In this document: positions 1-14,424 of the stretch, piece by piece
Numbering within the stretch: position 1 is the stretch's first letter
Layout of the letters: every line of letters starts with the position of its first letter
Assembly: GCF_009914755.1 (NCBI RefSeq)
Contig: NC_060928.1
From: the human T2T-CHM13v2.0 reference genome, Homo sapiens
Direction: 5' to 3' (one strand)
Length of the DNA: 64,000 bases
Notes under the pieces: generated by a model
What the model was told of the DNA's origin: nothing
The model's input: only the letters and a program-made list of their open reading frames with translations
Database searches by the model: none
Made by a program: the position numbers and the translations under genes

Positions 1-400
1 GTCTGAGATAATGCATGTAAAGTGCCTGACACACACACAAAGGCTTTCAACAAATGGTAGTCCCATTAATAAATGTCAAACAGAGGCTTGACAGGCTTTT
101 ATCTATATTGGAAGGTGACACCCCACTAATCCAGCTTGATGGAACCATTTTCTGTAGATATTCACCACCTGGTCCTTCTTACCTGTTAAGAAGATTACAG
201 GGCTATTTTTATTTTTGAGACAATACTCTGAAGCAGAGAAGTAATAGCTTCCTCCCTATTATCTGTCTGTTTGCCAGTAATAATAAGGATTGGTGGTAAT
301 AGTGAAATGACAGGTAGACAAGAACAGGAAGAAAGAGCAGCAAGAAAACTCTAAATTAAAATATTCAGCACTTACTGAGAGACATAAAATATCCACAACT

Positions 401-690
401 GGCTGGGTGTGGTGGCTCACACCTGTAATCCCAGCACTTTGGGAGGCCAAAGCAGACAGATCGCTTGAGCCCAGGAGTTCCAGACCACCCTGGGCAACAT
501 GGTGAAACCTCATCTCTACAAAAAATACAAAAATTAACTGGGGGTGGTGGCATGCACCCATAGTCCTGGCTACTCAAGAGGCTAAGGTGGGAAGATCATC
601 TGAGCCTGGGGAGGTCAAGGCAGTGAGCCAAGATTGCACCCCTGCACTCCAGCCTGGCTGACAGAGACCTCGTCTCAAAAAAAAAAAAAA
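401..690 (+). mobile_element. Alu, J-like dimer
   Basis: GGCTGGGTGTGGTGGCTCACACCTGTAATCCCAGC start, A-rich linker, TTGAGCCCAGGAG J-type motif, A tail at 677-690. Confidence 0.95.
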
Positions 691-699
691 GCTGAAAAC

Positions 700-1560
700 C
701 TTCCAAAATAAATATTATCAAGTTGCAAATGTAGTAAATAAAGAAATAATTCACCACAGTCAGCTAGCTTATTTCAGAGAGGTAGAAGTTATCAAATAAT
801 AGGAAAGCCATTAACATAATACATCCAATCATTATGTCAAATACAAAAGAATAGACTTGCTTCTATACATGCTTAAAACATATTTGGTAAGAATCAACAG
901 CAATCCCTGATACTATTATTTTAAGAGGAGAAGTAGAAAAAATACTTACTAAATATAAGAAAAAGTATTCGATTAAAACCAATAGCCATCATTATATTTA
1001 ATAGCAAAACATTAGTTATATTCCCATTAAAATATGCACAAAAAAGGAATATTGTTTAATATAGTTCTGAAAGCTGTGATCAATGCAATAACACATGATA
1101 CAAAAGATATACTATTAACAAAGAAGAGATAAAATGATACTTATTTTGTGACAGTTATTGTATGACTATAAGTCCAAATAAATAACTTGAAAATTGTTTA
1201 AACACAAGGGGCTGAAAGTAAGATAGGCAGAAATCAAAAGCATTCCAATATAATTGTAATAATCAGCTAGAAACTTTTAAATGTATGTATATGTATGTAT
1301 ATATATATATAGTTTACCTTTTCTAAAACAGATTTGAGATGGTTTTAAAAAAAAGCTCATATGGTAGTAAGAAGAAAAAATATATAAAACATCTAGAAGT
1401 AGCTTTAATGCATAATGTCTTTCAAATAGTCAAAGAAAAGAACAAAATTTTATTAAGATATATTTATTAAAGTTTGAGAAAATGGAAAAATACACTATGT
1501 TCCTGGGCAGAAAGATGTTGATATAAATATTTAAATATTTTCCAAATAATGTAGGTTTAA
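700..1560 (+). mobile_element. ancient L1 (L1ME-like) ORF2 RT-region fragment
   Basis: A-rich degenerate matches to L1 ORF2 motifs (HHDQVGFI near 750, KPTANIILN near 975, CSWIGR...YRFN near 1495-1560). Confidence 0.65.
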
Positions 1561-1565
1561 CCAAG

Positions 1566-3112
<1,547 letters not shown>

Positions 3113-3117
3113 AAGTG

Positions 3118-4700
3118 GTTTAATATAATCCGTATCAAAGCATTTGTGGTTTATTTTTGTTAACTGACAAAAGGATTCTAAAACATACCTGAAAAGTATA
3201 ATTCACACCTAGGATAATGGATCATTCTGTCACATTGTTCCTTTTTCACAGCTGATATGAACATGATATTTTCATGACTTTGTAAAATAAAAATGGAATC
3301 TTTCTAATTTTTTTAAAAAAACTGCTTACTTATGCAAGCCTTCTGTCTCTCACTGTATAACCCCTCCACTTTTATACGGGTCACACATGTTTCTGTCACT
3401 TTCCTGGAGCCCTTGTAGCAAATTAATAACATGTAGCACATGCTTGAAGAAAAATTTGTCTAGGACATTTTGTTTTTGAGATTCATAAATTGACTCTATT
3501 TTACATAAGAATCTATTATGCCATAGGAAGCTTATTAAACCCTTGAGCAGGAACAAATTATTCAATAAATGGTGATGAGATGAATGCCTAGAAATACAAA
3601 AACTTTGATTTCTCACTTTATTCCACACACCAAAGTGAATTCTAGATTGGTTAAACATTTAAATATTTAAAAATTTAACAGTAGAAACATTTGAAGAAAA
3701 CATGGATATTTATTTATAAAACTTCTACAAGGGGGAAGTTTTCCTATACTAGAAATAACAGAAAAAACTATAAAGACCAGCAGATCTATAAAAATGAGAA
3801 ATTCTATACACAAAACAACTATTAGACAAATATTAAAATGGAAAAATGTTTTCCATAAAATGTCAAAGTTAATATAGTTTCTACATAAAGACCTCAGGCA
3901 AACAGATACGAAAACTGGTAGGGTCCCTGTTGATAGCTGGCCAATATAATATTTATGAAAGAGATCATTACCCAAAAGAGAAAATTCACCCAGTCAACAC
4001 ATATATGCAAGCATGTTGATCCTTGATAGTAACCAAAGAAACAACACAAAAAAATCGTGCTCATTTTTCACTAATACTATTACTAAAGATTAGTTTTTTT
4101 GTTGTTTTGGTTTTGTTTTTGACACAGGGTCTCACTCTGTTACTTAGGCTAGAGTGCAGTGGCACAATCATAGCTCACTGCATTCTTAAATTTCTTGGTT
4201 CAAGAGATCTTCCCACCTCAGCCTCCTGAGTAGCTGGGACTACAGGCACATGCCACCACTCCCTGATAATTTAAAACAATGTGGGTTTTTTTGTAGAAAT
4301 GGGGTCTGCTATGTTGCCCAGGCTGGTCTTGAACTCCTGACCTCAACGAGTCCTCCCACCTCGGCATCCCAAAATGCTGGATTACCAGTGTGAGCCACTG
4401 CACCCAGCCCTAAAGATTTGTTTTTAAAAATAATAATATACATCCTTGGGAAAGGTTCAGTTAAGGGGACTCTCTTTTGTACTGATGATATAAATTTAGA
4501 CAAGCAATTTGAATTTGTATCAAGATCCCTCAAAAAGAAAAGTCTGTATTCAGTGGGTGACTTGGCATCTCCACTTGTAGACTATCTTAAAGAAATATAA
4601 AGCTTTTCATAAAAATAAATAAAAATATATATCCCATTATTTATAATTACCTACAAATGGAAATGAAAGTTTTGCAGATACAGTGGACCTGAAATGGTTA
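3118..4700 (+). mobile_element. ancient L1 (L1ME-like) ORF2 3' part and 3' UTR, continuing 700-1560
   Basis: FNAIPIK/ILKFIW-like segment at 3118-3195, TTCAATAAATGG (FNKW) near 3560, degenerate 3' end; part of 3200-3500 is unassigned. Confidence 0.6.
4094..4409 (-). mobile_element. Alu, J-like
   Basis: Antisense dimer; TSD CTAAAGATT(A/T)GTTTTT on both sides. Confidence 0.95.
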
Positions 4701-4899
4701 AATTAGAAAACAGCCTTTCCTGTTGGAGCCAGAAAATAATTTCTAATAACGTTACAAAGGAAGCTTCACTGCATGCATTCTTTTGCCCAGTGGGGATCTC
4801 TTTGTAGCCCTGACCCCAATCAGTAAGTTACTTCGCCCACCAAAAGAAGAAGAATTTAGCTTCCATCCACACAATGTGGGCACAACCTACAGGCCGCTG

Positions 4900-5150
4900 A
4901 CCAGGGAACATGGAGAACCAGATTAAAGGGCTGGAAAACTACAGGATCATGCAAATAGAAAGGGAAGCTTCCTCTGATAACAAACAAGCAGCAATAGGCA
5001 TTCTTGCAGAGTTTATTGAAGGAAAACAATGTCTCCTTTGCAATAAAATCGATATAGGCTATTATTTTGAGCAAACTCAAAGACAGAATTTCTGCAGAGA
5101 AATTAGGGTGAAAAATGAAAGAAAATGACATTCCTGAAAATACTGCCTTA
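4900..5150 (+). mobile_element. possible CR1/L3 RT remnant
   Basis: Translation LENYR...EFIEGKQCL...DIGYYF resembles CR1 RT motifs NYRP, GF.KGKSCL and DVIYLDF. Confidence 0.35.
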
Positions 5151-5235
5151 GGACAAGGCTCTTGAGGAAGATCATCAGCAGAACTTAGGTAAAGTCCAAA
5201 GCAGGGGAATCAGGCTCAGACTTCACACTCCAAGC

Positions 5236-5525
5236 ATGCATTCATTTATTCACTCATTCATTCTTTCAGTAATTTATGTGTTGACGTAGCAAATATTTAT
5301 TGAGCAGCAAATATATGCTAGACACTAAGCAAATATTGGAGGTTAAATTACCTTAGTGAAAAAGACAAGAAAAGTGTGCTTTCATGGATTGTATAATAGC
5401 AGCAAAGCTAGGCCTTAAAACAATAAAAAAAATTATTTAAGTTCAAATTGATAAGTACTAACAACAAAGAAGTTTTGAAATCTGTGAGAGTGAGTGACAG
5501 GAGAACCTAACCTAATCAGGGGATC
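5236..5525 (-). mobile_element. L2 3' fragment
   Basis: (CATT)n tail and AAATATTTATTGAGC motif. Confidence 0.75.
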
Positions 5526-5924
5526 AGATAATTCATTTGGGGGTTTCTAAGAGATTTGAAATTTTTAATGAACTTTTAAAGGTGAAAGATATTTACCTAA
5601 GGTAATCATTTTTACCAATTCCTTACTGGGGACAGAAATGGAAACTTAACTATTTGTAGTTTACTGAATACACAATATACATATATTTTCTATAGAGTTA
5701 AATATTAACTATAGGTTTTATACCATTGTATGAATTCCAGCAAACACATTCTATTATTTCTATAAAGACCTAAATTATTCTTTTGAATAGATACTTAGGC
5801 TGAGAGGAAACTTCCCATCTATTTAGTAAAGAGTATGGTATTTAACATCACTTTCTTCTGTCTAGTTATTCTAACAATGCCAAACCATAACCATTTAGTA
5901 TAGGCATTTCAAGATAATACATCA

Positions 5925-6040
5925 ATTCAAAACAAGTATTCATTGAGTGTGTGTTGTGTGATAAGCTGTGTTTTTGCAGCTGAGATAACAGTGGTGAGGA
6001 AAACAGACAAGGTCCCTGACTTTCTGGAATTTACATCTTA
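5925..6040 (-). mobile_element. L2 3' fragment
   Basis: AAGTATTCATTGAGTG...AACAGACAAGGTCCCTGAC. Confidence 0.65.
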
Positions 6041-6188
6041 AAATGAACTTAAATTGTTTCTAATGTTTTAATTGACATTTCCAATAGCAATGGGAATGAC
6101 CACTTTACTGCATATTGTATTCTCATCAATAGTGAGTACTATCATTACTTGCTTTTATAGAAGGAAAGTACAAAAAAAATGAAGGCAT

Positions 6189-6599
6189 TGTTATGGGTTG
6201 AATTGTGTCCCCCCAAAAAAGATATGTTGAAGTCTCAAGCCCTAGTACCTCAGAAATGTGACCTTATTTGGAAACAGGGCTTGTGCAGATGTAGACAAGT
6301 TAAGATGAAATCATTAAAGTGGTCCCGACTCCAGTTGACTGTTCTCCCTGTGAATGCCATGTGAAGAGAAGGCAGAGATCGGGGTCATGCAACTATAAGC
6401 TAAGCAACACCGATTGCCAGCAACCACCAGAAGCTAGGAGAGAGGCACTGAACAGATTCTCCCTCATGTCCTCAGAAGGAACCAGCCCTGCCAACTCCTT
6501 GATCTCCGACTTCTGCCCTCCAGACAGAGACAATACACTTGTAGGTTAAGCCACCCAGTTTGTGGTACTTTGTTGTGTTAGCCCTATTAAACCAATACA
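6189..6599 (+). mobile_element. MaLR solo LTR, MLT1C-like
   Basis: TGTTATGGGTTGAATTGTGTCCCCCCAAA...AATACA termini; 5-bp TSD GGCAT/GGTAT. Confidence 0.9.
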
Positions 6600-6768
6600 G
6601 GTATGTTTCTTAAGTTGGGTTCCACTGGAAGCAGAGATTTACAAATGACTTGGGTGGTAATTGATGTTTGACACGTGCTCAGATATAAATCTCACTCTCG
6701 AAAGTATCATGATGTTTTGTTTGTTTTCTCTTATTTTCCCTGTGGTTTTAGACATTAAAGATAATGAA

Positions 6769-7067
6769 GCAGGCGGTGGCATGTCTGTAATCCCAGTACT
6801 TTGATAAGCCAAGGTGAGAGGATTGCTTGAGGTCAGGAGTTTGAGACCAGCCTGGGCAACATAGTGAGACCCCTTCTGTACAAAAAATTAAAAAAAAAAT
6901 AGCCCGCCATGGTGGCATGTGCCTGTAGCCCTACCTACACTGGAGGCTGAGGCAGGGGGATCTCGTTAAGTCCAAGAATTCAAGGCCATAGTGAGCTGGG
7001 ATCTTGCAATTGCATTCTAGCCTGGGTGGCAGACAGAGACCCTGTCTCTAATTTAAAACAAAGAAAG
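6769..7067 (+). mobile_element. Alu, J-like (diverged)
   Basis: Recognisable dimer with linker and degraded tail. Confidence 0.9.
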
Positions 7068-7157
7068 ATAACCGAGCAAACCAGAGACTGCCAATGGGCA
7101 ATGAAGGCCTTTACCATGAATTGACAAATTTGGGTAATCAGTGATTAGAATTGGATG

Positions 7158-8510
7158 CAGGAGGAGAGGATCTAGCTTTTGGGAGGCTTGAAGTTTATTT
7201 AATCTTCTCTTTAAGAAAAAGAGTATAAAATTATAAATATAAAATTAGATACAAAAGTAAATATTTATTTAGAATAAAAAGAAATAAAAAATAAATTACA
7301 AACATTAGAAAGATGATAAATACTATGAATACCCATACATCTAGAACCCAATTTTTTTTTAATTCTCTGACAGCTTTTTATAATATATTTTTCTGCATAT
7401 TTTGGCTGCATATTCTTTGATCACCTCTTTAACATCAATTTTGTAACACAGCTTTCTAAAGATAGAAAACAGCCTTCCTCTAGCATGGTTGGTCTAAATT
7501 TGTGTTTTATTATTGATAGATGGGATGCATAAAACATGCAACCTCACACATAGATGTGTTCACTGCTACAGGATTATGCATCAGAAACCCAAGAATTCTG
7601 ATAAAATCTACTTTAGATGATTTTCATGAAAATGTATTTTGGGTTTATAATTATGTATAATGTACATTCCTAAACAGGAGAGAATTTCTGTCTTGATGGG
7701 GCATTGATGAGAATTGAATTCTTTGTTTACAAGTTTACATGTCTGATGTTCGAAGGAATTTTCCACAGAATTGCTTCTGGCTCTGCACATTGCAGACCTT
7801 GCTTATCTCTCTCCCCACATACTCCTACTACAGGGCAGGTTCTTATCCTGATATGGCCTCTGGCCCTAGTCCTTTCAACATCATGCCTGGTAATGTTGGC
7901 TCAAGGGCAGGAGGAGAATCCAGAAGCCATTTCTATGCCAGATCAGCCAGTAATAGCTTAACTATGTAAGGAAGTCACTTGACCCTCATAAATATATCCT
8001 GCTAAAACCACAATTTATTTAATATATTCCCCAATTCAACTTCCTCTTAGCCAGCTCCCCAAAACACTTACGTCCCCAGTAATACCACCTGACTGCAATG
8101 TAATAGATGGGAAGTCAAAGTGGAAAGAGACAAGGGTCATAACCAATTGCAATAAAAATATTTTACTTTTGAGCCAGGTGCAGTGGCTCAAGCCTATAAT
8201 CCAAGTGACTTGGGAGGCAGAGCAAGGTGTTTAAGGCTGCAGTGAGCTATGACCATGGCACTGCACTCCAGCATGGGCCACAGAGCAAAACCTTATTTCT
8301 TAAAAAAAAAAAAAAGAACGAAAAAGAAAAAAAAAGAAAGAAAAGATAAAAATATTTACTTTTGCAAATTTTACAAAAATCTACAAGTATGTGAATGCAT
8401 GTGTCAGGATACTTCCTAGGACCTTGTAAGGAGCCCAGGCATGACACGACCCACCATGAGAGCGGCCTGAAGCTTAACCTTCATTCATACGTCAGAGTAA
8501 CCTGCCTTTC
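7158..8510. mobile_element. hAT-Tip100 DNA transposon remnant, Zaphod-like, internally deleted
   Basis: Ends resemble recalled Zaphod termini (GGATCTAGCTTTTGGGAGGCTTGAAG; GGCCTGAAGCTTAACCTTCATT); internal TTCCTCTAGCATGGTTG. Confidence 0.6.
8171..8346 (+). mobile_element. Alu monomer (FAM/FRAM-like) with internal deletion
   Basis: Single arm plus A tail; TSD ATAAAAATATTT(T)ACTTTTG. Confidence 0.85.
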
Positions 8511-8520
8511 ACAATGCTAA

Positions 8521-8903
<383 letters not shown>

Positions 8904-9787
8904 TGAAATTTAGACCATCCCTCTGGGGTAAGGGGAGGCTGTGATGAGTGGGAAAGAGAGTGAGTAAATGAGAGAGGAATGGTTATAAGAGTTGGAAAGT
9001 GGTAATATGGATGGAAATAAGTTGTGAGTGTAAAATACAAGCATTTTTTTCTGACTCTTCCACTTCTGACATAAAAGGATAGAAGATAATCTTCAAAGAG
9101 GAGATGTTAGCCTGGCTTATGTAACAAAGAGAGTCAGATGACCTGGTTTTGTTAAATCCAGAAAGGTCTGTGATTGAGGACCTACCCTTTGAAAGTTAAT
9201 TTGAGTTATTACTTTATACCTTATTCATATGTGGGCCTAAGACCAAATGCTTTTAATTAATTTGTTTATAAATAGAATGTGCACAAGGGTTGTTTTGAGA
9301 AATAGTGATAAATATATTTGAATATGCCCAAGTTTTGTTATTTGTCATAGTGATAATAATGATAATATTAGTTTGTGGGCCTAGCGAATACTGTTTGGTT
9401 TTACATTGTTTGGTCCAACTGAAGCCACCAGTGTTAAGGTAAAAATCGCCCTTGGCTATAGGGTAGATTTCTTTATAGTAAAAGAGGTGGTGCTCTTTTG
9501 ATTAATAATTAAATGTAGGTCTTCAGATAGAGGAAAGGCAAAGAAATGATATCAAAGACATTAATATACAATTCATATCCTTTAGTGAATATAAAAACAA
9601 AATCACAATCTAACAGATCAGTAAAAGTAACAAGGAATTTAACAGGCTTTGATTTTGGTCAAAAATTACTTAGGTGTCCTCCCTAACCACGACGTACCCA
9701 TCGCCTGGTTTAACATGGAGCAGCAGGGAGAAAGGACATGCTGATGAAAAGCCTCAGGCTCTTTAACTGCCTTGACTTGGTCTCTCC

Positions 9788-10279
9788 TGTATTAGTTTTC
9801 TGTTGCTGTTGTAAGAAATTACTATAAACTTGGTGGCTTTAAACAACACAAATATATTGTTTTATAGTTCTTATACCGGAAGTCGAACATCGATCTGGCT
9901 GGGCTAAAATCGAGCTGTCAGCAGGGCTGCACTCCTTTCTGGAGGCTCTAGGCAGGGAATTCCTTTCCTTGCCTTTCCTGGCTTCTGAAGGATGCCCACA
10001 CTCATGGCCCTTACTCTCCATCTTCACGTCAGCAACATAGGATCACTCTGACCCTTCTTCCATTGTCACAACTTTTTCTAACCACAGCTGGGAAAGGTTC
10101 TTCACTTTTCAGGACTCGTGATTAGATTGGGCCTGCCAGGCTAATCCAAGATAATCTCTCCATCTCAAGGTCCTTAATCACTTCTGCAAAGTCCCTTTTG
10201 CCACGTGAGGTAGCATATTCATGGGTTCTAGAGATTGAAATGTGGACATCTTTGAAGGGCCATTATACTGTCTACCACA
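9788..10279 (-). mobile_element. MaLR solo LTR, MLT1D-like
   Basis: TG(T)ATTAGTTTTCTGTTGCTG...TCTACCACA termini. Confidence 0.88.
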
Positions 10280-11189
10280 TTTCCCTAGCCTAAAACAGAA
10301 TTGGGGGAGGCACAGTGGTCAGCAGCCTTCCCGGCTCCTTCCTACTCTACTGCAAGGGACATTTTTGGAATATTGCCAATGTGTAGCCTTCCGGAGAGGT
10401 TTTCCAACATGGTAATGTGAGAATGAGGGGGGTGAGAATGGCTCCTCTCCTTAAAATTAATAATAATAATGAAGATTATTGGTAAAATCGCTCCTCTTAA
10501 GAACTTCGAGTGTTCTGTTTTGCATGAGTTGAGTGACTATCTAGCCTGAACACACAATCAAGAGATAAAATACTACTATTTTTGTTATTATTTGTCTTGG
10601 CCTGATTTAAACTGCTGATTCCACAATAAAATCAAAGGGCATCAAAGTCCATTTCCAGATTCCTGAGAGGCTCATTTCCTTTCATTGCTCCTTTGCCATT
10701 TTGTGCTTTCCTGATTTTGCGCAAATATTTGCAATTTGGGTGGGGGCCACAGTTTACCAGTCAACCCAGAATTCTTTTCACCTGCATGCTATTATTCAAC
10801 TTGTTGTATAACAAAGCTTCTTTGAACTTTACATATCAAAGAAAAAAATCACTCTTTCTTAGACTAACATCTAAAGCAGCTCAGCGTGCACAAAGAGACA
10901 GATGCCACTGCTGCAATTGACTTCAAGACCTAACAGATCTTCTGGCAGACTGTCCGCTATTGACTGGAGATGTTTGATTTTTAAAATTATGTTTTTATGT
11001 AGATGTTACTCTCTGCTAAGTAATCCTATCCTTTTTATGCTTTTCCATTAAAACTATTTACAATCAAGACATTAACCACTATCCTGTTCTTTCTTTGTTT
11101 TGCTAATTATGATACACAGATGCTGTTGCACAATCAAGGCAGTTGTTTGTATACTACAATAATGAATGAATAGATGAATGAATGAACAA

Positions 11190-11395
11190 AAGGTACAATG
11201 TTGTGTGGCGGATAAGTCCAAGTCTATCAAGTCTTGGCTCCATCTATTATATCTCTATGGCTTTGGGCCACTTAGCTTCTCTGGACCTCAGTTTCCTCAT
11301 CTAGAAAATGAGGCTAATAATGTCTACCTTGTAAGTGTATCGTAAATATTTGGGATAATATATGTAAAATGCCTCAAGCACAGAAACAGGCAGTA
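11190..11395 (+). mobile_element. MIR
   Basis: Core CTCTGGACCTCAGTTTCCTCATCTAGAAAATGAGG; preceded by an L2-type (AATG)n tail. Confidence 0.85.
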
Positions 11396-12477
11396 AATCT
11401 CTCTCTCTCTCTCAATAGGAATCAGTAACCAGTGTTTTGCTCTTTGGGGATTACACAGCTAACCCTCAATAATCCACATGTGGGTTCTTCTCTTTGCAAA
11501 TTAGCTCCAGCACATTTTTGAAGTAAGCAGATTTTCCCATGAACTCCTCATTTACTCTTGGCTGACTTTCCACCACCAATCTCATGTGTGTTTATATAAT
11601 GCAAACAATTTAATATTAAGCTATGTGTTACTTTTGTAGAAAGGTAAATTTGCGTCCACAAATAAGATACATTTAAAAAACCTAACGTGTATGACATTTG
11701 AAATTCTCTAACTTGCAATGACTTGCCAAGTTGCTGAATAAGCCAGTTGGAAAATTTTTAATTTTATTGTATTAAAAGGGGGAACAGGATTGTGTGGCCA
11801 AATAATTGTGTGGTTTTGTAAATTTTAATTTTTCTTTTTATTTGCAACTCTCAGACCATGTCTGTGTATAAACACCAATATTAATTTTCACCCAACAGCT
11901 CTTCTGGCATCTAAAATGTTTGCTGTCACTGGTTCAGTTGAGATAATCATATCAGTAATGTCTAACCTCAGTCCCATTCCTGGGCCCCTGGAGAGAAGAG
12001 TTAATGGGATCAAGGCTGGCTCATGAGTTATCAGCTACTCCACGAAGCTGAGTCTCATAGATTAATGCAGAACTGGCAAGCTTAAAGTCCTGGGGAAAAG
12101 GCTGAAATGATACATGGGGATGGTTAAAAACAGTGGTAAACATTTGAAAATGAAGGTCTTAGGTACGGTATAGAGGGTAAAGCATCACAATTCCAAACAA
12201 AATTAAAGATATTGCACCTCTAATACATTACCAGAGGCTAGTAAATAAAGATTTAAAAAGAAGGAAAAAATATAACACCTAAGTATTCCTGATGTTTATT
12301 GAGGATGAAGAAAAAAATGAATAGAAAGAAAAGAAGGCAAAGACCAAAGAACCTTCCCTGGAAGAGCAGGGCTGTGCTTTGGCATCAGGAGCCAAACCCC
12401 ACACCCACCTGTGCTAGCGGGCTCTACTACCTAGCTAGGAAGGACGGGGTGCTTGTGTGCTTGCTTCAACAGCTTCA

Positions 12478-13100
12478 TTGAGCTGTTCACGTGCCTGAAG
12501 AGTCACCCATTTAAAGTATGCAATTTAGTGGTTTTTAGCATATTCCCAGATATGTACAATCATCACCACAATTTTAGAACGTTTCCTTCAGCTCAGAAAG
12601 CAACCTTGTACCCTTGAGCTCTGACTCTCATCCATTCTCCTGTTCATCGCCCAGCCCATGCAACCACTAATCTACTTTCTGTATCTATAGATTTTCCTAT
12701 TCTGGACATTTTCTATAAATGAAAATGCGACTTTTGTGACTTATTGCACTTAGCATCGTGTTTTCAAGGTCCATCCATGCTGCAGTGTCTATCGGTACTT
12801 CATTTCTTTTTATAGCTGAATAATATTCTATTGTGTGGCTATGCCACATTTTGCTTATCCATTCAGCAGCTGAAGGACATTTGGGTTGTTTTCACTTTGG
12901 GACTATTGTGGATATTTTGAATAAACATTCATGTCGAGGTTTTTGTATAGACATATGTTTCCATTTCTCTTGTGTATGTACCTAACAGTGGAATTGTTGG
13001 GTCATGTGGCAACTCTCTGCCTGTTTGAGAAACTGCCAGGCTGTTTTCCAAAGTGCCTGCACCATTTTACATTCCAGCAGCAGCTCATAAGGTTTCTCTA
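12478..13100 (-). mobile_element. L1MB-like 3' end
   Basis: CACCCATTTAAAGTATGCAATTTAGTGG...CAACCACTAATCTACTTTCTG typical of the antisense L1MB 3' UTR. Confidence 0.85.
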
Positions 13101-13429
13101 CAACCTCATCTATCATGTGTGCTCATCTTCTGGCTTTACATAGCTTCTTCTATGTGACAAGAGAAATGAGATAAAAATATAGGATTTGCTTTCTAGGCAA
13201 AAGAACCCACTGTTATTAATATCCTAAGAAATGCTTATTTTCTACTTTATAGTTCTAGTACAAATGTGAGCTGACTTTTTTTTCAGGATGTACTATAATA
13301 ATTTGAGTGTTGAAGAGAAAATCCAATGCTGAATGTGAAATACGTAAAAAATATTTCCTGTGTTACCACTTAAGCAGTAAATAGCCCAAAGCCTCTCCCA
13401 ATACCCCACCACCTCACCACTTTGAACTG

Positions 13430-13693
13430 GGCAATTCTTACTCATCTTTGAGTTCTCTGGATGCCTTCCCCAAGTCACTGGCTTGAGATAGGTCACCTTG
13501 GGGTGAAGCTCCCATGGCACCTCTACTTCCTCTGACAAAACGTGACTCAGAGTTTTGTTTTGTTATCATTATTCCATATCCGCCTTGTCCTCTAGTCTGT
13601 AAGGCACTGGGGCAGAGTGACCTTGGCTGTCTTTCCTACAGTATCTCCATCATCTAGCCATGTGTGTACTCCATAAGTATTTGCTGAATGAAG
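13430..13693 (+). mobile_element. L2 3' fragment
   Basis: Ends TAAGTATTTGCTGAATGAA. Confidence 0.65.
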
Positions 13694-14424
13694 ACGCAAA
13701 AAAGGTTTTCCACTAAGAAGTTTTCCTGCTTACTAAACTTTTCAGTGAATGTGTATAAATTAGGCTTCACTAAAGTGTTTGCTTTGTTTATGAAAAACCC
13801 AAGCTGCATCTTAGCTCTTTGGCACACTCCGAGAACAGGCTTATTTTACCAGCAAATTCCTCCCTGAGTCAGCTAATGCTAAGGTATGTTCAATACTTTT
13901 CTGAAAACGATCCTAATCTCCCCTAACAGAGGCCAGAGTGTAGCTGAAACAGCTCTTCTGACAGTTAGGAAGCTCTGATTCTGTCAGTCATTTTCTGTTC
14001 TTTATCATGTTTTTTTTCAAAGGAAAAAGCTGTTTTCCTGTGTGTGAGAACATTCTCTCTTATCTAATAATGCTCAATTGTCTTTCTGTTCCATTAGTGT
14101 GCAGGAAACCACCTGTCCAATTGAGATCAGAGCTGCAGATGTCAAAGTGTCTCATTTTATATAGATGTGCAGCTGTCAGATCAGAGATCAAAGGCTTCTC
14201 TTTAATGAAAACAAGTCATCTTTACCAACATGACTGTAGAATTTATACGAATACAGTTATCTGGATTGAATGATTGGCATTCATCTTTTTCAAGCTCCCA
14301 TCATTTTAACAATGACTTGGCTCTCCCAACTTCCTCAAGTAAAGAACGAGGCAAACATCCTAACCTCTGCTCCCTCTCCTCTAATTCTGCTCCTATTTCT
14401 CTGGTCCCTGTACCAGAGGATTCA

